From the NCBI RefSeq assembly GCF_032191835.1, contig NC_083236.1:15934001-15998000 (forward strand): DNA of 64,000 nt, read 5' to 3'. The DNA is from Heteronotia binoei (lineage: Eukaryota). The notes under the pieces were generated by a model, which searched no databases, had not been told where the DNA came from, and was given only the letters and a program-made list of their open reading frames with translations. Shown here one piece after another: positions 11,051 through 23,789 of this stretch; the stretch's first letter is position 1, and each line of letters starts with the position of its first letter. The position numbers and the translations under genes were made by a program.

Positions 11051-12389
11051 GTGAGTTTCATTCTCTACAGTTTAGTCTGAAGAAACTGATGCAAAGAATA
11101 TAAAATTAATTTGTTAAAACTTATAAGAGTAAATCTGTCCGTGAAATTTGAGCTGTGGAAGTGCTTAAATTGTTTCAGAATAATTGATGTTTTGGAATGA
11201 TTTTGGTGGGATTTGCAAGTTTATCATGGCTCAGCCATGCATCTACAGTATCATGCCATCAAACAGCAGCCACTCTGTACTCATTGCAGAAAGAAAATAA
11301 GTGCTTTATCCGTGTTTTCAGTACTGTATTTGTTCATCCACGCAACTACACAGGGAATGGGCATTGTAGTTGAATGTAATTATTGGTAACCAATGTATAA
11401 GGTTTAAGTACATATAAAGGAATTGGGTTTTGATGTTGTGAGGTTCATTTACAATATTTGGAATTGGGTTATTGCTGATCTGGATTTGTCCATCTGTGTC
11501 TCCAGTGCATCGTGAGCAAAGGGATGCTGTGAATCTAACCATTTTAGAAGATTGGCCGTTACTCTGAGTCACCAGAATATATGTTTCATGGGATTCAGCC
11601 CCTAAATATGTTTCTTACTCTGTACCATAGTTTAACAACTGTAGTTATAGTATTAACGATTGTTTCTACTATTGTGCAGTATTTATAAAGACAATCTAAC
11701 TAAGGAATATCTCGCATGGAATAGGGACTTGTTCTGCAAAGAAAGTGCGAACTAATGAATGGAAATATAAAGCAGCTTAACTGACTAATTTGTCGGAGTG
11801 GATATGGATTCCTATTGGATTCATCCTATGGATACGATGTATAAACAAAACTGAATTTTGTTGATTTGTCACACAATATCTCTTGAAGATACTTAAGACA
11901 TCCTTCTCTGGCTTAATAAGGACTGTAGCATGACAGCAGACAGGGATATATGGACCAGTTTGATACTGAAACAGTCCTCAGAGAGCATTTTGGAATAGGG
12001 AACAGTCAAGGGCAATTAGAAGGGTCCATCTCTTCCTGGTATCCACTGCATGAAATAGATCCTCTGCTTTCTGTTTCATGAGTGACCCAGGACTTTGAGC
12101 ATCAGTGACAAAAATGACACTGTATCAAACAGAACATACTACATATTTGTTGGTGTATGGAGTGGTGATGATGGCAGGAAAGAATACAGTTTTTCTTTGA
12201 CAGCACTGAAACAGCCGAATCCTGTCCTGCACGACTATTCAGGAAGGTTCATAGTCTGGTAACACCTCAGTCCACCCACCGTGTTGAAGATGTTTAGGAC
12301 CAACAGGGTGACTTTTTTTGATAGCATCTTTTGGATCCAGTCTAATAAGGAAGATGGTGTCTGTGTAGACCAAACACCAGAATTAACTG

Positions 12390-13165
12390 AAGCACCTGAT
12401 CGTCATTTTCATAGTTTTGAACTGATCTCCTTGGCTGACGTGGACAGGGTCCTTGGCAATCACATTCAAACTTGATTCAGGGTCATCTTGGCTGATTAAA
12501 TGTTCTGTTTTCTTTCTTTGAATATCATTTTCTGAGTACTTTGAAATATGTTATTGGACTTCTTTTTGGGGGGGGAAATACAACGCTAGCAAAGGAAGAT
12601 CTTACAAATAATATATTTATCTTTAATTATATGCTTATCTTTAATTAGAAGTTTGGGGTATAGTGCTTGTATGGGTGGTGGCAGAGGATATCTGGATGAT
12701 TTATCTGTGACCACTCTTGGCTGGATTTTAGGCCTGGCTATGGGACCAGGATGGTGTTGGTTTCCTTGGTGGATGATGATTACAAGCTAAGCTCCCAGAA
12801 GCAGCAGTCTCAGGCTTAGGCCAGTGTCTGAAAGCCATGGTCAACTGGATTAGGGTGAACAATCTGAAATTCAGCCCAGACACAACAGAGGTAACATTAG
12901 CTGAGAAAGTTAATGTTTTGAATGAGACTAACTAACCAGTGGGAGTTCAGCTGGCTTTGGCTGCCAGGTGAAATTTTTCATGATGCTCCAACCCTGAAGA
13001 TGAGTGAACAGGCTGGCTCAGTTGCTTGGAGTGCCTTCTTCATCTTATCCAGAGATTATCCTCCCTTCTTGGCTCAGGTGACCTGGCTACACTGATCCTC
13101 GCTTCCATAAACTTTAGGCTAGATTACTGTAACACACTCTGTGTGGGGCTACCCTTGAAGACAAA
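12390..13165 (+). mobile_element. Degenerate L2 ORF2 fragments (resuming at about 13905-13990)
   Basis: DLATLILASINFRLDYCNTLCVGLPLK and, after the insert, VQLQLLEVTFKALNGLSSAYLKD; both are typical L2 RT C-terminal motifs. Confidence 0.7.
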
Positions 13166-13230
13166 TCTGAATGTTTATTTGATTTATATCCCGCCCTCCC
13201 CACTGAAGCAGGCTAAGGGTGGCTCACAAT

Positions 13231-13892
13231 TTATAATAGAACAACAATAAAAACATTTGAATAAAAACATCAAATTAAAATAGTTTGGTGCCAATTTCAG
13301 TACAATTTAAAGATGGCATTCTAACTAGCTTCAGTTGATAACAGAGTGTCACTCCCTCTACTGACAGAGTCTAGTCACTATGTGCACATTATTCCTATGT
13401 AAAAGCAAGTGCATTGTCTACAGTTGTGTATAAATGCTGTTGTCAGTGGTGTTCCTGCCTGGCTCATTGGAGCCTGAAGGACTGAGCTCGGGGACTTGGG
13501 AACAATGTGCAGTAAGATCCAAATCCAGACTGCCCTGCTCCAATCACAGGCCCCCTGCTGGTTTGAATGACCCAATCATGTGGTAGCGTGGGAACCCTGA
13601 GTTGTATATAGTTGGCCCAGCGAGCCCTGTTCTTCAGTCTTGTTAGTTCAGCCACCTACCATGCTGTACTCAATAAACAGTTTGTTATCACTACCACCTT
13701 GCCTCTTATAATAGAACAACAATAAAACATTTGAATTAGAACATTAAATTAAAATAGTTTAGTGCTCATTTCAGTACAATTTAGATGGCATTCTAACTAG
13801 CTTCAGTTGATAATAGTGTGGCATTCCCTCTACTGACAGAGTCTAGTCATTATGTGCACATTATTCCTATATAAAAGCAAGTGCATTGTCTA
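13231..13892. repeat. About 190-bp direct repeat (13231-13420 / 13706-13892) flanking a 285-bp LTR-like spacer
   Basis: Both copies run from ttataatagaacaacaataaaa to aaaagcaagtgcattgtcta, roughly 90% identical by eye. The spacer has CCAAT at 13540 and 13572, TATATA at 13605 and AATAAA at 13672. Confidence 0.8.
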
Positions 13893-15640
13893 TGTCGTAT
13901 GCTTCTGGGTTCAACTACAACTGCTGGAGGTTACCTTTAAAGCTCTTAATGGCCTGAGTTCTGCATATCTAAAGGACTACTTTTCCGTTTACTTCTCCAC
14001 ACATCAATGTTTCATGGTTCTACAGCTCCTGTTAGTGGTGTCTTTGATGAGAAGGACAACACATTTCCACAACCCATACCAGATCACTAGGACAGCAATA
14101 AGAGAACACACAACCAGGACATTTTTTATGGGAAATGCAGTGGAATGGAATTCCAGAATGTCTTTGTGGAAACAACATTCTTTAAAAATGTTTACAGGTT
14201 CATGAGAGGCCTCCATGTGTTTCTCCTTCATTTCGCTCTTGATACTTCTGGCACCTCTTTTTTCCAGGAGGAAGCCCTGCACACAACAGAACATTCACAG
14301 AAGGCAGTCCTGTTGTCACTCCCGTAACTCATTTAGAGAAAAGCAGTCACAGGTTGGATTCTACCAAGGAGGAATCTGGGAATAAGGCAAAGCTCTTATT
14401 TTCACCAGCAAACAAGTTGAGTAGTAGCAAAATAGATGGAAGAGGCAGGACTAGATCTCACATCCCCTACAACATTAACTGTACACCCACCTGGGCACAC
14501 AAGAAAGAGAATTATTTTGGAATCCTTCATTGGTCCTGTCAATACCAGCCATATCTACCAGGCAGATAAGATAGCAGAAACAGACCCAATGAAGTAGAAC
14601 AGGCACAGCTGAGGTTGTACATCTTCAGACTCAAATACTAGGGATGGCAACCTCGAGCTGATTGGCTGCCCCAGAGTCTAATCATTTTCATTAGGTCCTT
14701 ATTATATGGCCATCCTTCTGCTGGACACATGAGATTCATGGCCACCACCTACAATTCATTCCAGCTGGCCGTGTTCTCCCTCTCTATGCCCTGTCTTGTA
14801 GCTTTCATGGTTAGTAACACCCCAGTGGTGAACAGTGAGGAGCCTTCCCCGTAATAGCATTAAAGGAATTGCTTAGTATCTTCCTCTTCATAACGTGAAT
14901 CTTGTGCTGGTCGGCTGAAGTTAGTTATGAGCAAGGAGTGGGCATGGATCTCTGTTATTAAAACACAGCTTTGAAATACTCCAAACATTTCTTGAGAAGG
15001 CAGAGGGATGGACAAGCGAAATTATTCTGCTTAGACTGCCAACATTAATAATTCATGAAGTGAAAGGAGCCTGGAGATAATGGTTTGCATCCTATGCGCC
15101 ATATCCCTGCATAGGCTAAGAACATTGCCCAGAGGGGGATTTCCTTCTTGCATTGCCCCCACCCCACCCCAGTACCTCATGATGTGGTGCTCTGGGGGGC
15201 AAATACATGGAGTGTTTTTGCTGGAAGAAGAAAAGCCCCTGTGCGCACCTGGAGGAGCATGCATCACTGTTTAGATTTCAGCAAATGTTTCTTTAGAGAT
15301 TTCTACTGGCTGAAAAACTGTAAGGTATTTTCTTGTATATGTTAGTAAAAGTACAAAAGCACATTCCAGAAATGAAATCAGGTACACAAATAAACAGAGA
15401 GAATAAAGTATAAATGTATAGTCACTCTTTCATTTTAGGATAAAAAGATCAAAACTTAAGAAATGGGAATAACACAGTGCAGAAGACGGATAAACCAAAA
15501 TGATATAGTGTTAAGTATACCTCATATATTTGTAACTTTAAATTTAGAGCATGACTATATTTATATATTCATTAAGGACATTTATTTCCTAGAAAAATAG
15601 GATAGTGTTTTTATCTATGTAGCTGAAATTATTGGATGCA

Positions 15641-15663
15641 GCTCTGGGCGGCGCTGTTCATCC
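15641..15663 (+). promoter_or_regulatory. CSE of gene 2
   Basis: gctctgggcggcgctgttcatcc; CGCT at 15652-15655. Confidence 0.85.
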
Positions 15664-15915
15664 ATTTTTAAAGAAAACCTGCTGGAAATTTAGCATACCC
15701 ACCTCTGCAGCTAGAGAGAAGAACAGGAAGATATTTGACAGGAGCTTACAGGATGCACATCAGGGTGGACAGTCTTTTTTAGAAAGGTAGATAACATTCT
15801 GTTTTTTAAATTAATATTTGGGTTCCTGTGAAAGTATCTCTGCTGCTGCTTCAGAAAACAAGTTATAAAGGGAAAAGACAGCCTGTTAACAGAGGAGCAT
15901 ATCAGACATTCAGAG

Positions 15916-18336
15916 ATGGCAGAAAATCATAGATCTCAGTACTACAGAACTTCCACTCTTATTTGGCTCATGAAGATGATCGTCTGGGAAGCTGCTTCTG
16001 GACAAATTCGCTATATGATGGTTGAGGAAACTGAAAGAGGTTCTTTTGTGGGAAATGTTGCAAAAGATCTGGAGCTGGATATGGATAAGTTATCTAGCAA
16101 TGGAGTCCATGTCATTTCCACAGGTAAGACTCAGTATTTTGCTCTCAACATGGAAAATGGACATTTATACACTAGCAAAAAAATTGACAGAGAAACGGTC
16201 TGTGGTCAGATTTTGAAATGCTTGCTTAAGTTTGAGATTCTAGTTCAAGACAAGATGAAAGTTTATACCATTGAAGTTGAAATAATAGATATTAATGATA
16301 ATACCCCGAGATTCCAAATGGAACAACTGACCTTTAGCATCAGAGAAACCACAGCTCAAGGATCAAGGTTTCTCCTTGCAGACGCGCTGGACCCAGATGT
16401 GGGGAGCAATTCTGTTCAGAGATATGAATTAAGTTATAATAAACATTTCTCCTTGTATGTACAAGCTGGAGAAAGTGGAGTTAAAAATGCTGGAATGATA
16501 CTTGAGAATTCCTTGGACAGGGAAGAAAACGCTTTTCATAATCTAGTCTTAACGGCCATTGATGGCGGAGACCCAATCAGGTCTGGGAGTGTTCAAATCC
16601 AAGTTATTGTTCTGGATGCAAATGACAACGCCCCTGTTTTCACTGAACCAATTTATAAAGTCAATGTATTGGAAAATGTTCCACTAGGGTTTGTTCTGAC
16701 TACAGTGAAAGCTACCGACCTTGATGAAGGAGTTAATTCAGAAATAACATACACATTTAGAACAAAATCAGAAAAAATTTCCCAGATATTCCAATTAAAT
16801 TCACAAACAGGAGAAATATCGGTTCAAGGGAATTTGGATTTTGAAGAACAGGAATCTTTTGAAATAGATGTCCAAGCTCAGGACGCAGAAGGTTTGTCAT
16901 CTCTTGCTAAGGTGTTTGTAAAAGTTATGGATGCAAACGACAATGCTCCAGAAATCACAGTTTCATCATTTTTCACTTCAGTGCCAGAAAACTCACAGAG
17001 TGGGACTGTAATTGCTCTGTTGCGTGTCAAGGACAAAGACTCTGGAGAAAATGGGAAGGTCACATGCTCGATTCCTCCAAACCTTCCCTTTCAACTGCAG
17101 AAGTCTATAGACAATTATTATACTTTGATGACAGATGGCAATCTGGACAGAGAGGTTGCGGAGCATTATAACTTGACAATCACAGCAACAGACAGAGGGA
17201 CACCTCTATTATCTTCAACTGCCTACTTTCCAATAAAAATACTAGATATAAATGATAATGCACCCATCTTCAAAGAAATATCTTATAAGTCTTATTTATT
17301 TGAGAATAACCCTACTGGGGCCTCCTTGATGATGCTGGAAGCAAATGATCCAGACTGGGGCACTAACAGTACAGTGACTTATTCCATTCTTGATGGGAAT
17401 GACCGTACAGTTTCAGTTGCCTCATTTCTCTCAGTTAACACTGAGACAGGGGTTGTCTATGCTCTGCGTCCCTTTGATTATGAAGAGTTCCAGGAGATTA
17501 ACTTCCAGGTCAAGGCCCAGGATGGAGGCTCCCCACCACTCAATTCCAACATCTCAGTCACTCTTTTTATCCTTGATCAGAATGATAATGTCCCCCAAAT
17601 CTTGTACCCATCCACTCCCACTGATGGCTCCACTGGAGTAGAGCTGGCCCCTCGCTCCTCTGAGGCTGATTACCTGGTCACTAAGGTGGTGGCGGTGGAT
17701 GCAGATTCTGGCCAGAATGCCTGGCTGTCTTATCAGCTACTCAAGGTCACAGAGCCAGGGCTCTTCACCATAGGCCTCCACACTGGAGAGATCAGGACAG
17801 CTCGTTTCTTTCTGGACAAGGATGCTCTCAAGCAAAGCCTGGTGGTTTTGGTGAAGGACAATGGGCAGCCTCCTCTCTCTGCCTCGGTCACGGTCACTGT
17901 GGTGCTGGCTGACAGCATCCCTGAAAGCCTATCTGATCTGAGCAGCATCTCAGTTCCTGCAGACCCCCAGTCAGACCTCACCTTCTACCTGGTTGTTGCT
18001 GTGGCCTTTGTCTCCTGCTTATTCTTCACATTCCTCCTTGTATTGTTAGCACTCAGACTTCACAGATGGAGGAATTCTCAGTTGTGTGATTCTGGAAATG
18101 TGAATTTCAGTGGTGTCCCAGTTTCACAGTTTGTGGGGATTGACGGAGTGAGAGCTTTTCTTCGCTCTTATTGCCAAGAAGTTTCTCTCACAACAGACTC
18201 TAGGAAAAGCCAATTTTTTTTCCCTATTGGAAGCTGTACAAACACCCTCACACATCAGCAAGTTTCCAGGGAACCGGGTTTCAAACATCTTCCAGAAGAT
18301 TTAAGCATTGCAAATGAAACACAAGCATCCCAGGAG
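15916..18336 (+). CDS. PCDHGA-like: Protocadherin gammaA-like variable exon 2 (807 codons)
   Basis: Full EC1-6/TM/variable cytoplasmic ORF; donor GAG|gtaagg at 18337. Confidence 0.95.
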
Positions 18337-19305
18337 GTAAGGTGGTATTTCTGAGTATTTTTAATGTAGAGTGAATTGCTGGATTTTTTGTTTGTTTGTT
18401 TGGATTCCAGGAAGAAATTCTACTTTATTTCTGTAAATAACTACCCACATTAATTCAGTCCATTTGTTAGTATGAATATAATATGCTGGATTGGGTCTCT
18501 GTGTATTTATCGAAAGATTATTTTTGTGAGAGGATGATCCCTTCCATAAGTGGAACGTTTAGATCTGATCTACCCCCCTCCTTTTTTTGGTCCACAAACA
18601 AGTATTTACACAGTTGTAAATACTGTGTGTGTGTTCACTATTTCTATATCTTTATATGTGCCTTTCTATTTCCACAGTCACAGCATTCTTGGAACCTAAA
18701 ATTCCTTCTTTAGAAATACATCCATGTTTAATTGGCATCATCATGCAATTGTCAATAGTAATATTGTATTGCAAGATCACAAGAAGGGCTACAACAGACC
18801 GATCCTGAACACGTTTACTTGGTAAATTTCACAGGCTCTCATGGAATCTACTCTCCAATGGGCTGGTTCCCACGTTGAGAAAAGGGAGCAATTTTAACTC
18901 AGTTTTAAAAATAAAGACATGGCTCTTTGATGGGGTAACTCAGCAGTTTTGTTGACGCACTAACCACTGCATTTGCAGGATACATGAAGTCCATGTGCCC
19001 TCAAGTCAGCCTTTCTGGCAGGACTGCCCATTCTCCCTCCCTCTAGGAACACCTGGTCACCTCAGAGCCAAGCAGGAATTTTGGGGGGACTTCTATTAAC
19101 TGGCTTTGAGAAACTCATCAGCTCCATACTGCGAAAAGCTGTGGAAGCTTAGGGATAAGTGTGCCTGGTCAACGGAAAGTAGTAAGGCCCTAACCAAGGT
19201 GGTAGGCTTAGTGTGGGCTGCTCATTAAGTTATTGATGGGCAAGCACTCTGAGACTTGTTAGAAAAGTAAAGAAACTACACGCTTTGTGGTCTCCAATAT
19301 AGGTG

Positions 19306-19470
19306 AGATTGCTAACCTCCAGGTGGTGCCTGGAGATCTCCTGGAATAATAACTGATCTCAGGGCAGCAGAGATTGGTTCCTCTGGAGAAAATAGCTGCT
19401 TTGGAGGGTGGACCATATGGCATGATACCCCACTGTGGTTCCTCCCCTCCTTCTAGCTTCCAACCCCAAA
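19306..19470. mobile_element. Partial TAGGGTTGCCA-family MITE
   Basis: gattgctaacctccaggtggtgcctggagatctcc...ttggagggtggaccatatggcatgataccccac matches 4136-4327. Confidence 0.65.
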
Positions 19471-20144
19471 TAATGACATCAAACAATGCCGGGACCACGG
19501 AGGTTAACAATCAGGAAATGACAGAAAAGATACTCTCCGTGTTACAAAACAATATCAAAATATAATTACAATACTTTCCATTAACAACATAGTATTACAA
19601 TGTTAATTTCAGTAACAAATTCAGTGACAAATACCATCCAAAGCACACAACTTCACTACTGTCCATAAGATGATAATCAGGTTCTTTCCAAACAATACAG
19701 TCCGACAATGCAAAACCGGTCCGTTCTCGTTTCGGATCCTTGTGATTCTTCCTCTAGGACCGTCTTATTAATTTTGAATGCTGTAGTCTGATAGTGTCTT
19801 ATTTCTTTACTATACACTGTTTTCCAGGCTTTCTCTAATTTATTTCATTACTAGAACGCTACTGTTCTTTCTCCATCTTTCAGCATTTCATGAACATAAC
19901 GGGGGGAAAAACCCTACCATTTCAATAGCAAGTCTTTAGGTTTATTAAAGTTTCTGTCCAGCCTATTGCCTTATAAACTTGAACATAATGAAAGAACTAC
20001 TTCTAAAATGTGTTGCAGTTGAAAAGGCCCCCATAGCTTCAACAAGGTTATACTGAGAAATTTCTACTTCTACCTGAGCATGCGTAAACACACACTCTCT
20101 CTTCCCCTTCCAGTGAGACAAGTCAAAACAATAAGCCTCATAAT

Positions 20145-20338
20145 CAATGTTCCCTCTAAGCTGCAGAGTCTTGTGAGCAAAAATTCTACTTTGTGAGCTA
20201 CTGGCATTAAAGTTGTGAGCTACTGCATAAATTAGTGTGCTCTGGGGCCATATTTCCTGAGCTAAGACAAAAATGTGTGAGCTGGAGGCTAAAAATATGT
20301 GATCCAGCTCACACTAACTCAGCTTAGAGGGAACACTG
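20145..20338. mobile_element. hAT-type MITE copy 2 (intact)
   Basis: TIRs caatgttccctctaagctg / cagcttagagggaacactg; 8-bp TSD ctcataat / ctcacaat. Confidence 0.9.
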
Positions 20339-21127
20339 CTCACAATTCCACTTTTCAAAATATGTACACACTTTGGAAAATCTTCCTTATCATTTTGTTA
20401 AGGAAAGTCTAGACAGGAACTAAGAAAATCAAAGAAATTGACATTAGATCCACTGTATGTTCTCCCTGATCCAGCTAATGTGGAAATGCATTGTGGCATA
20501 CTGGTCATCCTCCCTAGAACTTTCTAGACATATCGGAGGTGGATGGGAATGTTCATCCCTAGCTGGGACCATTAGTTTCACTAGTCTCTGATACAGCCAG
20601 CAGAGAATTTTTCCTTCTTCCAGCATCTATGTCGAAATTTTCATCCAGTTCAACAGAAAAGTGCAGGCACAAGTTCATAGACATATATCCCAGAAGTGGG
20701 CATTATTGTGGTAATGAAAACATTTAGATGTAATATAGACGTACATTTGAATTTTGCATGCAATTTAAAGAAGAGAAAATGAAGCCCATCTCTGGAGTTG
20801 TCAGCCCACTATCTCTGGTCACCCCACCCCACATTATAAGTGAATAAAATATTGTCACATTTATGGGGGCTTGGTATTATTGACTTAGAGCTGTTGCACA
20901 AAATCAATATAGTCCTATTTGATTTCTTATTTTTCTGAGGATGAGTGTTAATTTCAAAATGCAATTGATATTTTTTTAAAAAAATCCTTAACTTTAAAAT
21001 GAATACTTGTATTTTGTTTTTATGGCTACTGTAAAATAAAGATGGAAGGAATCTATAGTTTCTGAAAACGTTAAGATAAACCACATTGCTGCAATTGTAA
21101 AAAAAATTCTGCACTTACTTTTTGAGG

Positions 21128-21150
21128 CATTGGGTGTCACTGTTCACCAA
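21128..21150 (+). promoter_or_regulatory. Variant CSE of gene 3 (CACT instead of CGCT)
   Basis: cattgggtgtcactgttcaccaa; flanks match the other CSEs (gggtgtc.ctgttcacc); about 240 bp before the ATG at 21381. Confidence 0.75.
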
Positions 21151-21380
21151 CCAGGAGAGAACACTGTAGGAATTATTCTCAATAACCCACTACTACACAG
21201 AAAACACAAAACTGAAACGAAAGGGAAGGGAAGGGAAGGGAAGATTTTGTTGAAAGGAAGTCCTAAATAAATACATTCTTCCTTGAAAAGAGCTCAATTT
21301 AGACATCTGTGTCTGTAGAAAGAAAGAAGATAAATCTAAGTCTTCACAGATAGGAGAAACAAAGCCTTGCAGAGTTTGAA

Positions 21381-23789
21381 ATGGCTGATCTACAAATACC
21401 ATCAGATGTTACAAGGAGAGAGTTATTCTTCCTTGTGCTGGGGTCTCTTTTGCAAGCAGTTTCTGGGCAGATTCATTACTCAGTTCCTGAGGAATTGCCG
21501 AAAGGCTCTTTTGTGGGGAATATCGCAAAGGACTTGGCAGTGGATTTGAAGCAACTCTCGCATGGGGGAGTCCAGCTTATTACAGAAGGTAGGAGACAAT
21601 ATTTTGACCTTAATTTCCAAAATGGCCATTTGTGTATTCATGAAAGAGTGGATAGAGAAGCAATATGTGGACGACTTGTAACTTGCATGCTAAAGTTAGA
21701 GATACTTGTTCAGGCACAAGTGAAGGTTTACATAGCTGAAATCGAAATTGAAGACATTAATGACAATGCACCGACTTTCCAAGTAGAGACAGTACAGTTA
21801 AAAATCCTAGAAAATACAGCCACAGGATCCCGATTCCTTCTGCCAGATGCACAGGACCCAGATTTAGGGGAAAACTCTTTACAAGCCTATCGACTCAGCC
21901 CCAATGGACATTTCGCTCTTGATGTACAAACTGCTGCAAATGGAGGCAAATATGTTGAGCTTATACTAGAAAAGTCTCTGGACCGAGAAGAAGCAGCTTT
22001 CCATGACTTAATCCTCACAGCCACCGATGGGGGAAATCCTGTGAAATCTGGAACTACGCTCATCAGGGTTGTTGTAGAAGATGTGAATGACAATGCACCA
22101 GTTTTTTCACAATCTATTTATAAAGTGACTGTAATGGAAGACATTCCAATAGATTCTCTGTTAGTAACAGTAAATGCTACTGATTTGGATGAAGGGATAA
22201 ATGCAGAGATAATGTACACATTCAGGCAACCATCAGAAAAAGCTTTAAATCTATTCCATCTGGATTCCAAGACGGGAGAAGTCAGAGTGAAGCAGAATCT
22301 GGATTTTGAAGAGAATCCTCTGTATGAAATGGAGATCCAAGCCCATGATGGAAGGGGTATATCGGGCCGTGCAAATATTTTGGTGACTGTTGATGATGTC
22401 AATGATAATGCACCAGAGATTGCAGTCACGTCTCTCACTAATGCTGTGAGTGAAGATTCCCCTCAAGGAACTGCAGTAGCGCTGTTAAGAGTAACAGACA
22501 GGGATTCAGCTGACAATGGGAAGGTTTGGTGCTCCATCGCTGAGAAGCTGCCATTTCGTTTAGAGAAAACTTTTGACAATTATTACAGTTTGGTGACTGA
22601 CAGATCCCTGGATCGGGAAATAATGCCAGCTTACAATGTAACTGTCATTGCAACTGATAAAGGCAACCCTCCTCTATCCACAACAACCATCATTCCCCTG
22701 AAAATCTTAGACAAAAATGACAACCCTCCCACCTTTCAAGAGAAATCCTACATATCCTCCTTAAGAGAAAATACACCCGCTGGAACTTCTGTTTTCACAT
22801 TAAAAGCAAATGATCCGGACTGGGAGGAGAACAGCAAAATTACTTATTCTGTCATTCAAGACCAGGCAAAGTATTCCGCTTTCTCCTCTTACCTTTCCAT
22901 AAACTCTGAGACTGGAGCCATCTATGCACTCCGCTCCTTTGATTATGAAGAGTTCCAAGAGATTCACTTCCTAGTCAAGGCCCAAGATGGAGGCTCTCCA
23001 CCACTCAGCTCCAATGTCACAGTGACTCTCTTAATTTTCGATGAAAATGACAATTCTCCCCAAATCTTGTATCCCTCCCTGCCCAATGATGGCTCCACTG
23101 GAATAGAGCTGGCTCCTCGTTCCTCTGAGCCTGGCTACCTGGTCACTAAAGTGGTAGCAGTAGATGCAGACTCTGGCCAGAACGGCTGGCTTTCCTATCA
23201 GTTACTCAAGGCCACAGAGCCAGGGCTGTTCACTATAGGACTCCATACTGGAGAGATCAGGACAGCCCGTTTCTTTCTGGACAAAGATGCTCTCAAGCAA
23301 AGCCTGGTGGTTTTAGTGAAGGACAATGGGCAGCCCCCTCTGTCTGCCTCAGTCACGGTCACTGTGGTGCTGGCCGACAGCATCCCTGATGTATTGACTG
23401 ACTTGAGCAGCATCTCAGTTCCTGCAGACCCCCAGTCAGATCTCACCTTCTACCTGGTGGTTGCTGTGGCTTTTGTCTCCTGCTTGTTTTTCACCTTTCT
23501 TCTTGTGTTATTGGCACTCAGACTTCACAAATGGAGAGCTTCTCAGTTGTGTGATTCTGGGAATATAAATTTTACTGGAGTTCCAGTTTCACAGTTTGTG
23601 GGGATTGATGGAGTTCGAGCATTTCTTCAATCCTATTGCCATGAAGTTTCATTAACTTCAGGTTCTCGGAAGAGTCAGATTCTCTTTCCCACTGAAAGCT
23701 GTACAAACACCCTGAGAGCTCAGCAGGATTCTAATAAATTAGAACCTTTTTTTTCTGCAGAAGATTCAAATACGAACCAAGAAGGGCAG
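21381..23789 (+). CDS. PCDHGA-like: Protocadherin gammaA-like variable exon 3 (803 codons)
   Basis: Full ORF; donor CAG|gtgagt at 23790. Confidence 0.95.
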
